From NCBI RefSeq assembly GCF_037042905.1, contig NC_087245.1:38814001-38878000 (forward strand): a DNA stretch of 64,000 nucleotides. Reading direction: 5' to 3'. The notes below the pieces were generated by a model that saw nothing but the letters and a program-made list of their open reading frames with translations, did no database searches and had not been told where the DNA came from. Below are positions 13,798 to 26,037 of this stretch, one piece after another (the stretch's first letter is position 1; every line of letters begins with the position of its first letter). The DNA comes from Lytechinus pictus. Lineage: Eukaryota. Both the position numbers and the translations under genes were made by a program.

Positions 13798-16109
13798 CCA
13801 AAGGTGTTCCATTCTTCAAATCTAAATTACACCAGAAGCATTCTTTGAATAAAGATTGCACTAATTCAAATAAAAAATTCAAGAGGTTAATATCTACCAT
13901 AGATGTACAACCAAGCAGGTCGTTATTAGAAACAGATTCAAAGTTCAAAGGTTCTCAAGGATCAAAAGTGAGAGAAAGTCATCTTATTTTGAAGAAAAAA
14001 AATCATTGGTATGCAATAGCTGTGATTGGTACACTGCAAGGATTGGTGTTAATTATTTGGATATGTGTGCATATGAACAAAGCGTTTTTATGCACTATGC
14101 TCAAGCTGTTCCATGATAAGCTATCCATCACACAAAAAAAATATGTAGGAATGGAGACACCAGTTGCCTACTTCATTTTCATTCTGAAGATCAAGAGCTT
14201 ACTGTACGTACTCTGATATCACCACGAATAATGCATTTTATCTCTCCAGGATGGATAAATCCCCAAAATCTCTCATTCTACCATTCTGATGGTCGTTTTA
14301 TCTTCCTTAAAGTCTGCACTATGTCTCTCAAAAATGTACGATAAGTATGCCTAAGTGGTTATCTATCTCATGCTTTCAATGGACATTTCAAAAGTTAAAG
14401 TAAGTTCCACTCAAATTTAGGATTTACAAGTATATGGTTCACTGAAAATACAAGGAAAGAGGTGACCCCTTTCATAATTTTTGTGAGGCAGAACTGTAAG
14501 ATCTACTCTTTTACTAAAATCCACTGCATAGCGACACTGTTTCGGTACAGCTTCAGTATTTTGGCATAGCAATGCAACAATTGCCTTTGCCTGAGTTAAG
14601 CCTCACCTTGCAACATCATTCATGTCCATGTGGCAGCATTCTCCCTTCCAATCAGTGGGTTGGTCAACAACCTGAACTCGGCCTCTAGGGCGCCCATGAT
14701 TGACGGGGCAAACAAACATGGCTGGAAAAACCACAGCCCAGGATACCAGTACCAGCCGCACAGTAAACGTTGTTAGCGCTATAACAGTAGGCCCAGTCGG
14801 ATACTTCCGATTGTGATGTCAAACTTGGATCCAAGTTGTAACTAACGTGATGTTGTGACGCTGCATTTATTACCGGTTGTAACAGGGCCTTTATTATGTG
14901 TTAGTGTTAAATAATGTTTCTGTGCTGCGGGTACTGATTTAACCAGTTGACTAAACTAAAAAAATCTCCAATGGCTAAGTAAACGGACCACCCGATTCCA
15001 GTGGGCAATGCTTCAATAACTACATCGCTGCTGAAGACAGGAGAATTTGAACGTTTCTCTCAACTACCCATTGCGTGGTCTCCAAACGATAAATGCACCC
15101 AAAATGAAGTACATGCAGGTTTTGGATTTATTTGTATGATTACTTTACATGGTATACGCCTCCGAAGTGAGCATATGTTCGATTGTTGAGACCTACTCAT
15201 AAAGCAGCCAAATCAAAACCATCACTCACATCAATAACATACTGCATTACTGTACTCAATGAATAAAACTGAAAAATCTTGCTTAATATTTGGATGCATT
15301 TGCCACATAGCTCTTTGTAATGACTTGGGGGACATTGCAAGAATCAGGCAATAAAAAGCAAGTCAATTTCAAGGCATGAATTGATTACTAGTCCTTTTCA
15401 AGTCAATCATTTTTGTTGCAATTAATTGATTGATTGCTTAGTCTGCATTTTGAATTACAAAGCCTGAATTAAAACAAATAACTTAACAGGGACAATATGG
15501 TTTTGAAAGTGAGGGTGGGGGAACCATGAAAGAAAATGATCAGATCACAATATTTGCACCTTTATACACATTTTTCGAAAAAAAGCATGGGGTGTAGCCT
15601 CAGCAGCCCCCCCCCTTAACTGCTCCCGTTCCGCAGCCAATGAAAAATGATATTCAGTATTCAGTATGTAGCATTTATTATTATTACCCTAGCCATAGGA
15701 AGCACATAAAAAAATACATTTTGAATAAAAATACATAAATTTACATGAATAACAGGGGCAATGGGATAGTTTAAAAAATGGGGGTGGGGAAACCATGAAA
15801 AAAAATGATCAGATTGTATTTTTTCACTTTTTATATACACTCATTGAAAAAAGAGTGGGGGTAGCTTTAGCAGCCCCCCACCTACCAACACTCCATTCCA
15901 CTAAATAATAATGGTTTTGCTTTAATATAGCACTTAATATTATTACCCTAGTCACAAGAAGCAAAAAAAAAACACAATCAGGAGATAATTTTTACTCCTA
16001 TGTACACACTCATTGTAATAATTGCCAAACGGCTCCCTGGTTCTGCAGCCTCTGAATAATAATATTTCTGCTTTGATATAACATTTAATGCATCAAAATG
16101 ATGTCCCTA

Positions 16110-16388
16110 TAAGGCCTGGTCCGACTGGCCGATGGACACAAAACGTATTCGAAACGGATACAGCGGCCAAGCAAAATTTTTGGGTGTCTCCATCGGTTTT
16201 AATCCACTCCTGACAATGGACACGATGGGTGAACAATGAAATCATAGTGCTTGATGGATACAGAGCGTATGAAACACGTATGCAAAGACTACACAACGGA
16301 TACATAACGTTTTCCAATGGATTTGGCAAGATTCTTTTCTGTTTTACATCCTCTCTGCATCCGTAAGTGCAGTGGGATCAAGCCTTTA
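16110..16388. mobile_element. Decayed MITE
   Basis: AAGGCCTGGTCCGACTG ... CAGTGGGATCAAGCCTT inverted ends. Confidence 0.55.
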
Positions 16389-16397
16389 GTGCTTTAC

Positions 16398-16592
16398 ATA
16401 TTATTACCGTGGTCATTGGTTTCTGGAATACCTATATGCACACAGCTTTTGGGAGCATTCCCGCAAGAGTTTCCAAACCCCATCACTTTGCATAGGCCTA
16501 CTATATACACATGGCTTTTGCATCCTACCGGGTACCAAGTTGAGTTACTTAACACCTGGGTGGAGAGCGGCAAAGTGTGCATTGACGCCTGA
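16398..16592 (-). mobile_element. SINE fragment related to 39665-40013
   Basis: Shares CATCCTACCGGGTACC...ACCTGGGTGGAGAGCGGCAAAGTG with the full-length copy. Confidence 0.7.
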
Positions 16593-17938
16593 CACTAGGC
16601 CTCAGTGGGAATCTAGTCTGCAAGCTCAGACTCATACTTGACACCTTAACCCAAAACAGGTCTAGAGTGAAGACTAGACGCCAAAGGCTCTGTCTGCAGA
16701 GCCAGCCACTGTAGGCCTACATATTGAATCTAGTCTCACTACTTCAGACTCTGCATCATGCACTATGCGAATTGAGACTAGCGGGAATCAAACACAATCT
16801 CATCTGATTACAAGTCAAGAGTCAGAACCACTACACTTTCACACCTTTTTTTTCTCCAAAGTTGATATTGATATGTTGATTTCAAATTCATCACTGATAT
16901 TTGTACTCGATAGGAAATAGCTTCCTTGCAATTAATGCCCCCTTAGATTCCACCACAAAGAAAAAGACAGGCCATTCCTTATTTGGAATCGTAATCATAA
17001 ATCACTGTCAATTATGCATGGTTTAAAAAAGTCTTTAAAATATAGACACTATATAGGGCATAAATTGTTTATATTGCCACTGCTAAAACCTAAAGAAATA
17101 TCAAATTTCATTTATAATTATGATTAAATGACATTTAAAAGGAAGTCATATAAGGGAATTTGGGGCAGATTTTTCTTTGACCCCAACCTGCACTCTATTT
17201 TGATCTAAGAGGTTATATTAATTGGAACACCTTCAATGCAGGGTTTCATGACAAATATACGTTGAAATTCTTATTTTAGAAAAGTGATCACAATTTACAG
17301 GATGCTTTAAAACACTACGACAGCATGTTCAATAAAAATTCACCCAGACTTTTCTCTCTCACTTAATGCTTTCTTTTAATGCCATGTTATTGTTTCTTCC
17401 CTCCCTTAATGTAACTTCCTTCAAATGCAACATAATTGCCCCCAGTAATTTAATATTATCTCTTTTAAGGGGCTCTTTGCCCTTCTTTACACTTCGTTCC
17501 AATACAATAATATTCTGTTTCTGTCATTCAGAATTTACCTTTCAGTAAAACTTATTTGGCCCGGCCCTCACCTTCCCTCCCTCTCACATGAAATTACCTT
17601 TCAATAAAACTTAATTATCCCCTCCCCTCTCCATTTATCATTTTAATCAGGGGCGGATCCAGGATTTTCCAAAAAAAGGGGGAGCACATTTTCCTGAGAA
17701 AAATTTGACAAGTAAAAACAAGATTTTCACGTAAAATAGAGGGTAATTTCGTCCACGGGAAATTTGTAAAGCAAAAAAAAAAGGTCCTCACATTAAAAAA
17801 AGGGGGGGCACACTTGGGTAAAAAGGGGGAAATTAAAAGGAAATAAAATTTGTTTTCATTTATTTCAACTGTAATTGATAGCTATCATGGAGAACAGACT
17901 ACAACATTGCCAAAGTGCAACATCTTTCATTGCCATTT

Positions 17939-18590
17939 TCTGACATCATACAGAACCGTAACTTGGTTTGTTAAGATGGAACATCATTCGCACTTCAAAA
18001 TTTTAATGACTCAATGACGGAAAGAATGATAAATATGCTTAGGATTAGGTCAATTTTTTTTCAAGATAATTTTCACAAGTGTGATAATATTTTTAAGGAC
18101 TACTATACCATGAATCCATTTGTTTTGAGTTACGAAATCACATGTCAGGCCGCGTGGCTGCAACATGTTTATTTTGTAGTAAATAATAAATAATACATGA
18201 GATTTGTATAGCGCACTTTCCATCTTGAATAGATGCTCGAGGCGCTTCAGAGCAGAACAACATCTGACATCATACAGAACCTTGGCTTGGTTTGTTAAGA
18301 TGGAACATCATTCGCACTTCAAAATTTTAATGACTCAATGACTGAAAGAATGATAAATATGCTTAGGATAAGGTCAAGTTTTTTTCAAGATATTTTCACA
18401 AGTGTGATGATATTTTTAAGGACTACTATACCATGAACCCATTTGTTTTGATTTACGAAATCACATGGCAGGCCACGTGGCTGCTACATGTTTATTTTGT
18501 AGTAAATAATAAATAATACATGTATGAGATTTGTATAGTGCACTTTCCATCTTGAATAGATGCTCGAGGCGCTTTAGAGCAGAACAACAA
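17939..18590. repeat. Tandem duplication, about 325-bp unit x2
   Basis: TCTGACATCATACAGAACC ... GCTCGAGGCGCTT(C/T)AGAGCAGAACAACA occurs twice head-to-tail with few differences. Confidence 0.92.
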
Positions 18591-18835
18591 CAAAAGCTAT
18601 TTACATACATGTCTGAACAATAAGTCAATGTCTAAAAAAACACTCTTAAACAGGTATGTTTTCAGGTTGCCCTTGAAGGTGGTCACTGAAGTCTGGGTTT
18701 TCAAGCTCTGTGGAAGAGAATTCCACAGGTTAGGCCCTGCATGAGCAAAGGCCCGTTTCCCTGATTTCTTAGCAACTGGAATTTGTGAGAAATTAGATGA
18801 TGCGGATCGTAAGGTTCTTTAGGGTTGGTAGACTA
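18500..18835 (-). mobile_element. 3' end of an L2/CR1-type LINE (ORF2 C-terminus and tail), pseudogenised
   Basis: Minus-strand translation RTLRSASS...GKRAFAHAGPNLWNSLPQSLKTQTSVTTFKGNLKTYLF is typical of an L2-clade ORF2 end; a (TTA/TTTA) tail follows. Confidence 0.8.
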
Positions 18836-21800
18836 ATCACGTGAAAGATATGAATTTAATAATAATTATGAGGAATATAGTCTGAGGCAAAGAGAGGAGA
18901 AAGAATAAAGAGAAACAAAGAAAGATGGTTTCCAATGATATATTTTATTGTAAAGTGCATGGAGAATCAAGAACTTAATTATTATTTGCTTAATAAATCT
19001 ATCATTATTATTGTTATCAACTCTGTTAAGAATTTAAATGTGATTAATTCTGATAAATATTCATTGAGAGTTTAAGTCTTTCAGACATGATCTCTTGGGC
19101 TGAATATTCCTTACATCAGTCAATTATTACTGATTTACAATAAGGACAGAAAATCCAGGTTCTCAAAATTTACCATGCATGCATGCATTCAGGGCTCTGA
19201 GACAAGGTTGAAATCAAGTCCTTCTGCTTCTAAACTGACGTATAACAGTTTCTTTCTATTCATTAGCACAAAATAAAATCATTCTAAATACACAGACATG
19301 CAATGCGTTTCTTCTAATAAGCAAAGGCAATTATACTAATGAGTTTGAATGGGCTATGGATGCATGCTTATAAATTCACTTTAATACTATTAATAGTTGT
19401 ATTATATTCCATCAAGAATACTGGATTAATTGACAAATAAAATTGTTGCTTTGAGGGCAAACGAACAAGCAGCCTTTATGTCTGGCCAGGTTCATACCCA
19501 CAATGCAAATTTCTAAGCAGTGTAGTCTTGTGACATAGGCCCACTTTAAAAAATGGTAGCAAATTCATTCACTGCTCAATACTTTCATATCAAAACAATT
19601 CATCTGTTAAATTGTATCTGATTTATACTGTACTGTATTCATCTGTAAAATTGTATCTGATTTATATTATTTTGTATTGTGTTTTGAATGGAAATGGAAT
19701 AAAGAATTGAATCGAAGTGAATTATGTTATCAAGAAGCAAAACAGGAACCTTTCCTCTCAAAAACATTTTAGTTCACTTTTTATGTATAAAATTATAGGC
19801 TAATTTATCTTCTTTATATTACTAATAAACTAGTTATCTTAATAGGTATATTTTAAGACTAGGCATTTGAAACACACACAATTCTCTCCCCCTTTATTTA
19901 AATGTTTATCATCTTGCAAATACATCATAAATCCCCTAAGAGTGACAAGCAGGGACTTTCCAGATAAAATGGCAATGAAGATGAATAAATTTTGTAATAC
20001 CATAGGATCTTTAAGCTGTGAGATTAGATTATTTGTAATTTTACTGTTTAAAAGCGAAATAATCTTACTCCCAACTATATGGTGTTGAATATCTTTCAAA
20101 CAAATATCACTTCCTATGTTACTGCATTTCTTTCTATTTATCTCAAATATTAGAACATTACTTTTACGTTAAAGTATATTCCATATTATTAAGTGAAACA
20201 TCTTTCTTGTCAATCCAGCCACAGTCTTTAATATTAACCTATTTTCACAAATAGCTCGGGCAAATAAACATGCAGTATGTTGTTGTTGTTGTTCAAATGA
20301 AAATCTGCTCGTGAAGAACCAAATATGATATTGTTTCAAAATATGATATTGTGTAACACAGGTATTTTGTCCGTAACAGTTAAGATCAAGTAAATTGTGA
20401 ATTTTCTGGATCATGCTTAGGAATTTAGAAAGAAAAGAAAAAAACAAACACATATGGCGCAAAATAATTTACATAGAGATTGTAACTGAAATCTTTATTT
20501 GTTTCTAAATTGGACTCCCTGCGGAGTCCTTAAAATGTCAACCCAGTGGCTCATGAAATACAACCTTTACAACTAAATCCCTAAAATGGGACTTTTCTCC
20601 AAAATAGCATCTTAAAATCCAGAGAGAAAAGAGCAGTATTTTCACAACGACGCCCGATTCAAATGGCAATGTAACGAGCCAAGCTTGATAGATGCCGAAG
20701 AAGACGTAAACAACTGACAAGATGACGTTGTACGTACTTTCAGATGACATCATATCTGTATCTCAAGGGATATAGACTAGTTTCCAACTAAAATTAGTCT
20801 CTAGACCCCTCAAGCCAAAGATAATCCACTTCTTGATCTTTCTATTTTTATGTCTCATCATCAATTTATTCAAGTTTATCCTCTCTTTTTTTTCTGTTTT
20901 TATGCTCCCCTTCTTATCAAATCTCTGGGTTTTTTTTCAATTCTCTTGAATCACCTATTCTGTCTTCTTTATTTTTGTTTCCATTTCCATTTCATTCTTA
21001 TAGTGACATTACAGTTTACATGTATTTTTCTTTTTTTATTAATATATTCAATTGTTAGTGTTACTTATTCCACGTGTTACATTTTTCCTAATCATCTCTA
21101 TTTCTCACTGTCTCTCTCTGTTTAACTCTCTCTCTCTTTTGTATCTTTCTTTCTCCTTTTCTCTATCTCTTCCTCCTCCTCTCCCTCTTTCATCCTCTCT
21201 CCTCTTCTCTAACCCTTTCTTGCCTTTTTCTCTAGCCCTTTTTCTCTTTATCGAACTCTCTCACCCAATCTCTGTATATCTTTCATGTGTATCTGTACTC
21301 CTCTTTTATTATGTTCTCATTCCACTTTTTCATTTGACAATCTAATCCTCTCGATACCATTCTTTCTGGGAATACAATCGTTTAGAGCTACTCTCATTAT
21401 ATCAATAAGGCTTGCTGATGCAATAATGAATCATTTGAAATATTTATATTTTTTTGGTCTGAAAAAAAAAAATGAAATTAAAGAATCACTGACAATCTTA
21501 TTCCGAGATAATCGATGGCAATCGGTAAGAATAATCAAACATACCAACAAATCTTTAGGTAATGTAAATGCCTCTGTTCTCATTTGATTTTTTAGGGCCA
21601 GTTACATGAAAGATATCCCACAATCAATTGAAACTCATACACATATGGAAAACCACATACAAAATATTAGTCAGCTGTAAATATCAATTGTTCTGTTTCA
21701 TGTTAATACACAGTTGTAACTTTTGATACCAATATAAATTTTTCACAAAGTCACATAAGATAGCAGAATCCTTGCTTTGTGTAATTTAACAGACTATAGG

Positions 21801-23595
21801 CTTGTTACATCAATTTAGCAATATGCCACAACTCTCAGGGGAAAAGTGATTACTGCCTCACAGTTAAACATTCAAAGGTTAAAATCATCCCAGATGTAAC
21901 CATCAAATTTAATTGACATGTTTTTGTTTGCAATGCAAATTAAACGGCATCTGAACCCTCATTCTTCATTCGTTCCCTGTCGTAAGATCAAAACGAGGCA
22001 TTGTATAGTCTTTAGAGAGTGGGCGGAGGGTGGGTGGGTGGGTGGATGATAAAAAAAAATATTGTAATTTTTTGACACCTCAAGGAATTCATGTAATTAT
22101 GGTCAGAAATTAAATGCTGTGTATTTGTCCTTTATGTTAATACCAAAAAAAATCATCATACCAAAAATAGGCAGAATTATACGTTCTTGACGGAATTTTC
22201 TTAACGAAAGATGTCCTTTCCACACAACGTGTGTCCCAGGCTATTTTACTATTCCCCTTCCTCCCACACAAATTAATACAAACACACATAAACAAATACA
22301 ACACACAAAAAACAGCTAGAGGGTAGGTTGCCATAAAAAATGTACTGAAGGTTCACTTTTGAAATCTGGTTTATTATATTCGCTGAATAAAGAGAGATAT
22401 GTTTTTTAAAATCAAACCTTGTGAAATCAAGTATAGAATGGATAACAGCTGGAGGCTATAAGTAGCTGTGGACTATCATTTTTTAAATTAAAGACATTTG
22501 GCTTGAGCTCTTTGAAATCCACGACCACACCCACACTAGTGAGTGGTCATTGAAAGGGGGAATGTAATCAAAACAAATGCAAACCTTCTTCATATGCAGA
22601 TACCCTAAAGAAAAAAATATATATCATGTCTATTATTGAATATATTCAATAATTGACTCTTATTCTGGTGACACAACATTTTCTCCGGCAACGATTGCTC
22701 CGAGCTTTATTTCATGTAAGATTAGGGTAGCAGATAGAGTGTTAAATCCAGGGTAAAAGTTATTCTTTTGGTTAGTATGAGGAATTTACAGGGGAGCATT
22801 TGTCGCCAAACCAAATGTCATGTGGTAGTTATTCCAACCCAACAATTTAAAGAATCTGTACTGGCTGTTTTATTATTTATCATTGATTTATTCTTTGTGC
22901 AAAAAAAAACATATTCATTTGACTGCTGAGTCTCGTAGTAATATGATCTTTTGTAATAAGGGCTCTCTAAACATTCACCTTATAGATTGAGTAGTATATT
23001 AGGAAGCAAAATATTGAGATTGTATTCTGATATTTACACCCCTTTCCCTAACTGAGTTTATAGCATATAGGAGACCCTATCCTACCTCTTACTTCACACA
23101 TTTTAAATAAACAATTTACCTTTAAAATCAGGGGGGTGTTTCACAAAGATTTAAGTATGACTTAAGTATGAGTCGCACTTAAAGGCCTAGTTGCGTGCAT
23201 TTTAAAAGGCAAGACCGCATTGGTCAGATCATGCCCAGAGGAAGCGCACTAATAAGATTGTGCGTTGCATATATACGTGTCAGCATTTAAGTGCGACTCT
23301 ACGTCATACTTAAATCAGTCTAAGCGGTAAACACCAAATAAAACAAGTTAAAATAGCATGAAACAAGGTTTCTTATGACTACTTCTCACACTTTCATTAT
23401 ACAATTTGATCTCATTGGATTCTTATTTTTATGGAATATCTTTGTTTCTTTTATTGTGTTTTAAAAGAGCCGACAATCATAAGTCTTAAGCACTTCACGA
23501 ATATCAGTATCATTATATATGTGTGTATATATATATATATATGCATATAAGAAATTCTGTGTGTTGGATATAGATGAAGAGACCAAAGAGACAAT

Positions 23596-24034
23596 AGGTG
23601 GTTTCAAACTGCCTCTATCACAAGGATCCCCATTAAATGATGAGAACCTTTTCAGGCTAAAAAATACCTGTTATTCTCGCATTCACAACACCCCGAAACA
23701 CACCCGTCGGGATAAGTTCCTGAAATTACAAGCATGCACGGTATTGTCTGATAAGAAAGCAAGACACTAGATTTGAAATCGCTAGCTCAGAAACCACCCA
23801 CGGTGCCCACACCAAACTACACGCTGGGCTAAAAGTTCCCGTAATTTGCTTTCACACTGCCAAAATACCTGCGACCTTAGAAAAACCACCACAGAAAGTT
23901 CTTGTCATTTTGACAAGTAACTGCTATTTTCTTTCTGGGAGATTACACATAATTTGCTTTCACACTGCTAAAATTACCTGGTATTTTCTAATCGGGGTAA
24001 ATTTCCCAACTTCGAGGAGGTCTGAAACCACCTA
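23596..24034. mobile_element. MITE inserted into an older palindromic element
   Basis: TAGGTGGTTTCAAACTGCCTC ... GAGGAGGTCTGAAACCACCTA TIRs; it splits the arm AAAGAGACAA|AGAGTACACCTT. Confidence 0.85.
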
Positions 24035-24170
24035 AAGAGTACACCTTGTTAAGTTGATTTCCCCTGAAGAAGATGTGGGGTTGCGTCGAAAATTCAGAAT
24101 ATACATCGAAATAGACTTTTTTGTTGGAACTTCATGCATCATCTCTCTAAGGTGTACTCTTTGTCTCTTT
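24035..24170 (+). ncRNA. Degenerate minimal hammerhead-like motif between inverted arms (Penelope/retrozyme-like remnant)
   Basis: CTGAAGA (24064-24070), stem GATGT/GCGTC, GAAA (24088-24091), then ATTC; arms AGAGTACACCTT / AAGGTGTACTCT. Stem I pairs poorly. Confidence 0.45.
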
Positions 24171-24284
24171 TGTATAGAAATTCATGTCTGTTTAAAAATT
24201 TCTCATGTTATCTTACCCAAGAAATATGAATATCAACAAATTGTCAGAAACAAAAAATTTTTGATTAGCACACCAATATGTAAT

Positions 24285-25018
24285 TAGGAATCAATGAAAA
24301 GAAAATATTTGAATACGACAATATTTCATGGACTTTCATGCAACAATCAGTAGCTCTTGTAAACAGCAGTTTATGTAAGTTTTAGAACAATTACCAAATA
24401 AGCTGACAAAGCATGTTTTTCTTTCCAAAAGCTTTTTTTAACCAACTCACCTTGCTTTACCTTTCATCAAGTTCAGAAATTAATTAATCAAACTGTCTTA
24501 GAGTTCAGTGATATCAAGGATAAAAGATTATTTTTTTCAATGGTGTAGAAGGTAACTTCAAATCAAGTACCATCCTTAAATAGATATTACAAGGACATTT
24601 CCTTATGTTGTCTGTGTTTTATATATTTTGGAAGTCCATCCATCACTGAACTATAAAAGAAAACTTTGACTCATTGATTTCTGTACTTATGAAAGGTAAA
24701 GCAAGGAGAGTTGGTTATAAAAGCTTTAGGACAGAAAAATATGCTTTTCTTTCAACGGTGTAGAAGGTAACTGAAAAATCATGTAACCATGTTTTAAATA
24801 GAAATTACGAGGACATTCACGTTCATAATCCCTGATGGAAGGTCATTAAAGCAATGACATTTGGTTTAAAAAAAGCTTTAGGGACATAAATGCTTTGTCA
24901 ACTGATTTGGTAATTGTTCTGAAACTTACATAAACTGCTGATTACAAGAACTACTGAATGTTACATGAAAGTTTATGAAATGTTGTCTTATTCAAACATT
25001 TTGATTTCATTGATTCCT
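24285..25018. mobile_element. Large degenerate foldback element
   Basis: Arms of about 160 nt: AGGAATCAATGAAA...CAGCAGTTTATGTAAGTTTTAGAACAATTACCAAAT versus ATTTGGTAATTGTTCTGAAACTTACATAAACTGCTG...TTCATTGATTCCT. Confidence 0.8.
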
Positions 25019-25402
25019 TATTCTATAATTGTATGATTAATCAAAAAATGTTAAGTTTTATGTGTATAAATATAATGGGTGTTAAAACAAAATCATAGGG
25101 AAATGACTATTAGAACTTTTAAAAAGTGAATTCAGAGAAATAAAAAGAAACAATTTCATCAGTTTAAAAAAATGATGAATCACCTTCTGTTTTGATTTGA
25201 TATTTATAGTGCAGAATATACTTAAATCCATAATATACTTCTACTAAAGAAATTTCCTTTTTAATTTACAAGAGATTGATTCTATAGGCCTGTTTTAAGG
25301 TCATATTTTGGACAAACTTCTCAGATATAGTACGAGTCAATTCTCCTCTTGAGATGCACTAGGTCAAAGTTCATTTTTGCAGATTACTTCGCTCTTTGAA
25401 TT

Positions 25403-25751
25403 CTAGATGTACTCGTCCTCGTTATCCGAGCCATCGGAGTAGTAAAGCATCTGAATAGCAACCATTCTTGGCTCCGCCTTCTGGACACGCCCACTTTCAC
25501 CCTGGACATGCCCACTCTCACCCCGGAACACCTGCTCTGACCTCTGAACCTTGACCTGGTGGCCAACATCCTCCAACCTCTCCTCTCGGTGTCTGCCGAG
25601 TTTCCTCCGCATCAGCCGAACAAAGAGCCCTCGTTCCCCGCTCCGTGGAGACCGCTTGACCTGACTTTCTGATAAGCTACGCTTTTTACGTGACGCAGAG
25701 TGAATATGCTTAGCACTGCGATTTCTACCCGAGGAGTTTAGAGAGAGTGTA
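25403..25751 (-). CDS. RIMS: Candidate alternative terminal or stop-containing RIM exon (STLSLNSSGRNR...YSDGSDNEDEYI*)
   Basis: aatag|T ACA CTC...; the phase-2 entry matches the upstream donor; 115 GC-rich sense codons in AT-rich flanks end in TAG at 25405-25403. Confidence 0.65.
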
Positions 25752-26009
25752 CTATTTGTGTAGGATGTAATGAGATATATGTTGGTTATTATAAATGGAG
25801 CAATGAAATGTCCATATTGTGAAAACAGTGTATATAATTTAAGCAGAGTATAATGAATGAAATATTTGATGATCAAGTATAAAAGCAAGAATGTAGAGTT
25901 TTTTAAGAAAATGAAATTTAATAGGCATAGATGATGAAACATAAATATGAAAATATCACATATATACTCCGAATGGAATGTAAAAAAAACCAGAGCAAAA
26001 AACATGATG

Positions 26010-26037
26010 TTATATATATATATATATATATATATAT
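26010..26037. repeat. (TA)n microsatellite
   Basis: Direct dinucleotide run. Confidence 0.9.

Noticed and set aside
20538..20756. Hydrophobic ORF / 18-nt exon-like segment
   Set aside because: Phase-2 entry hits a stop within five codons; no homology recognised.
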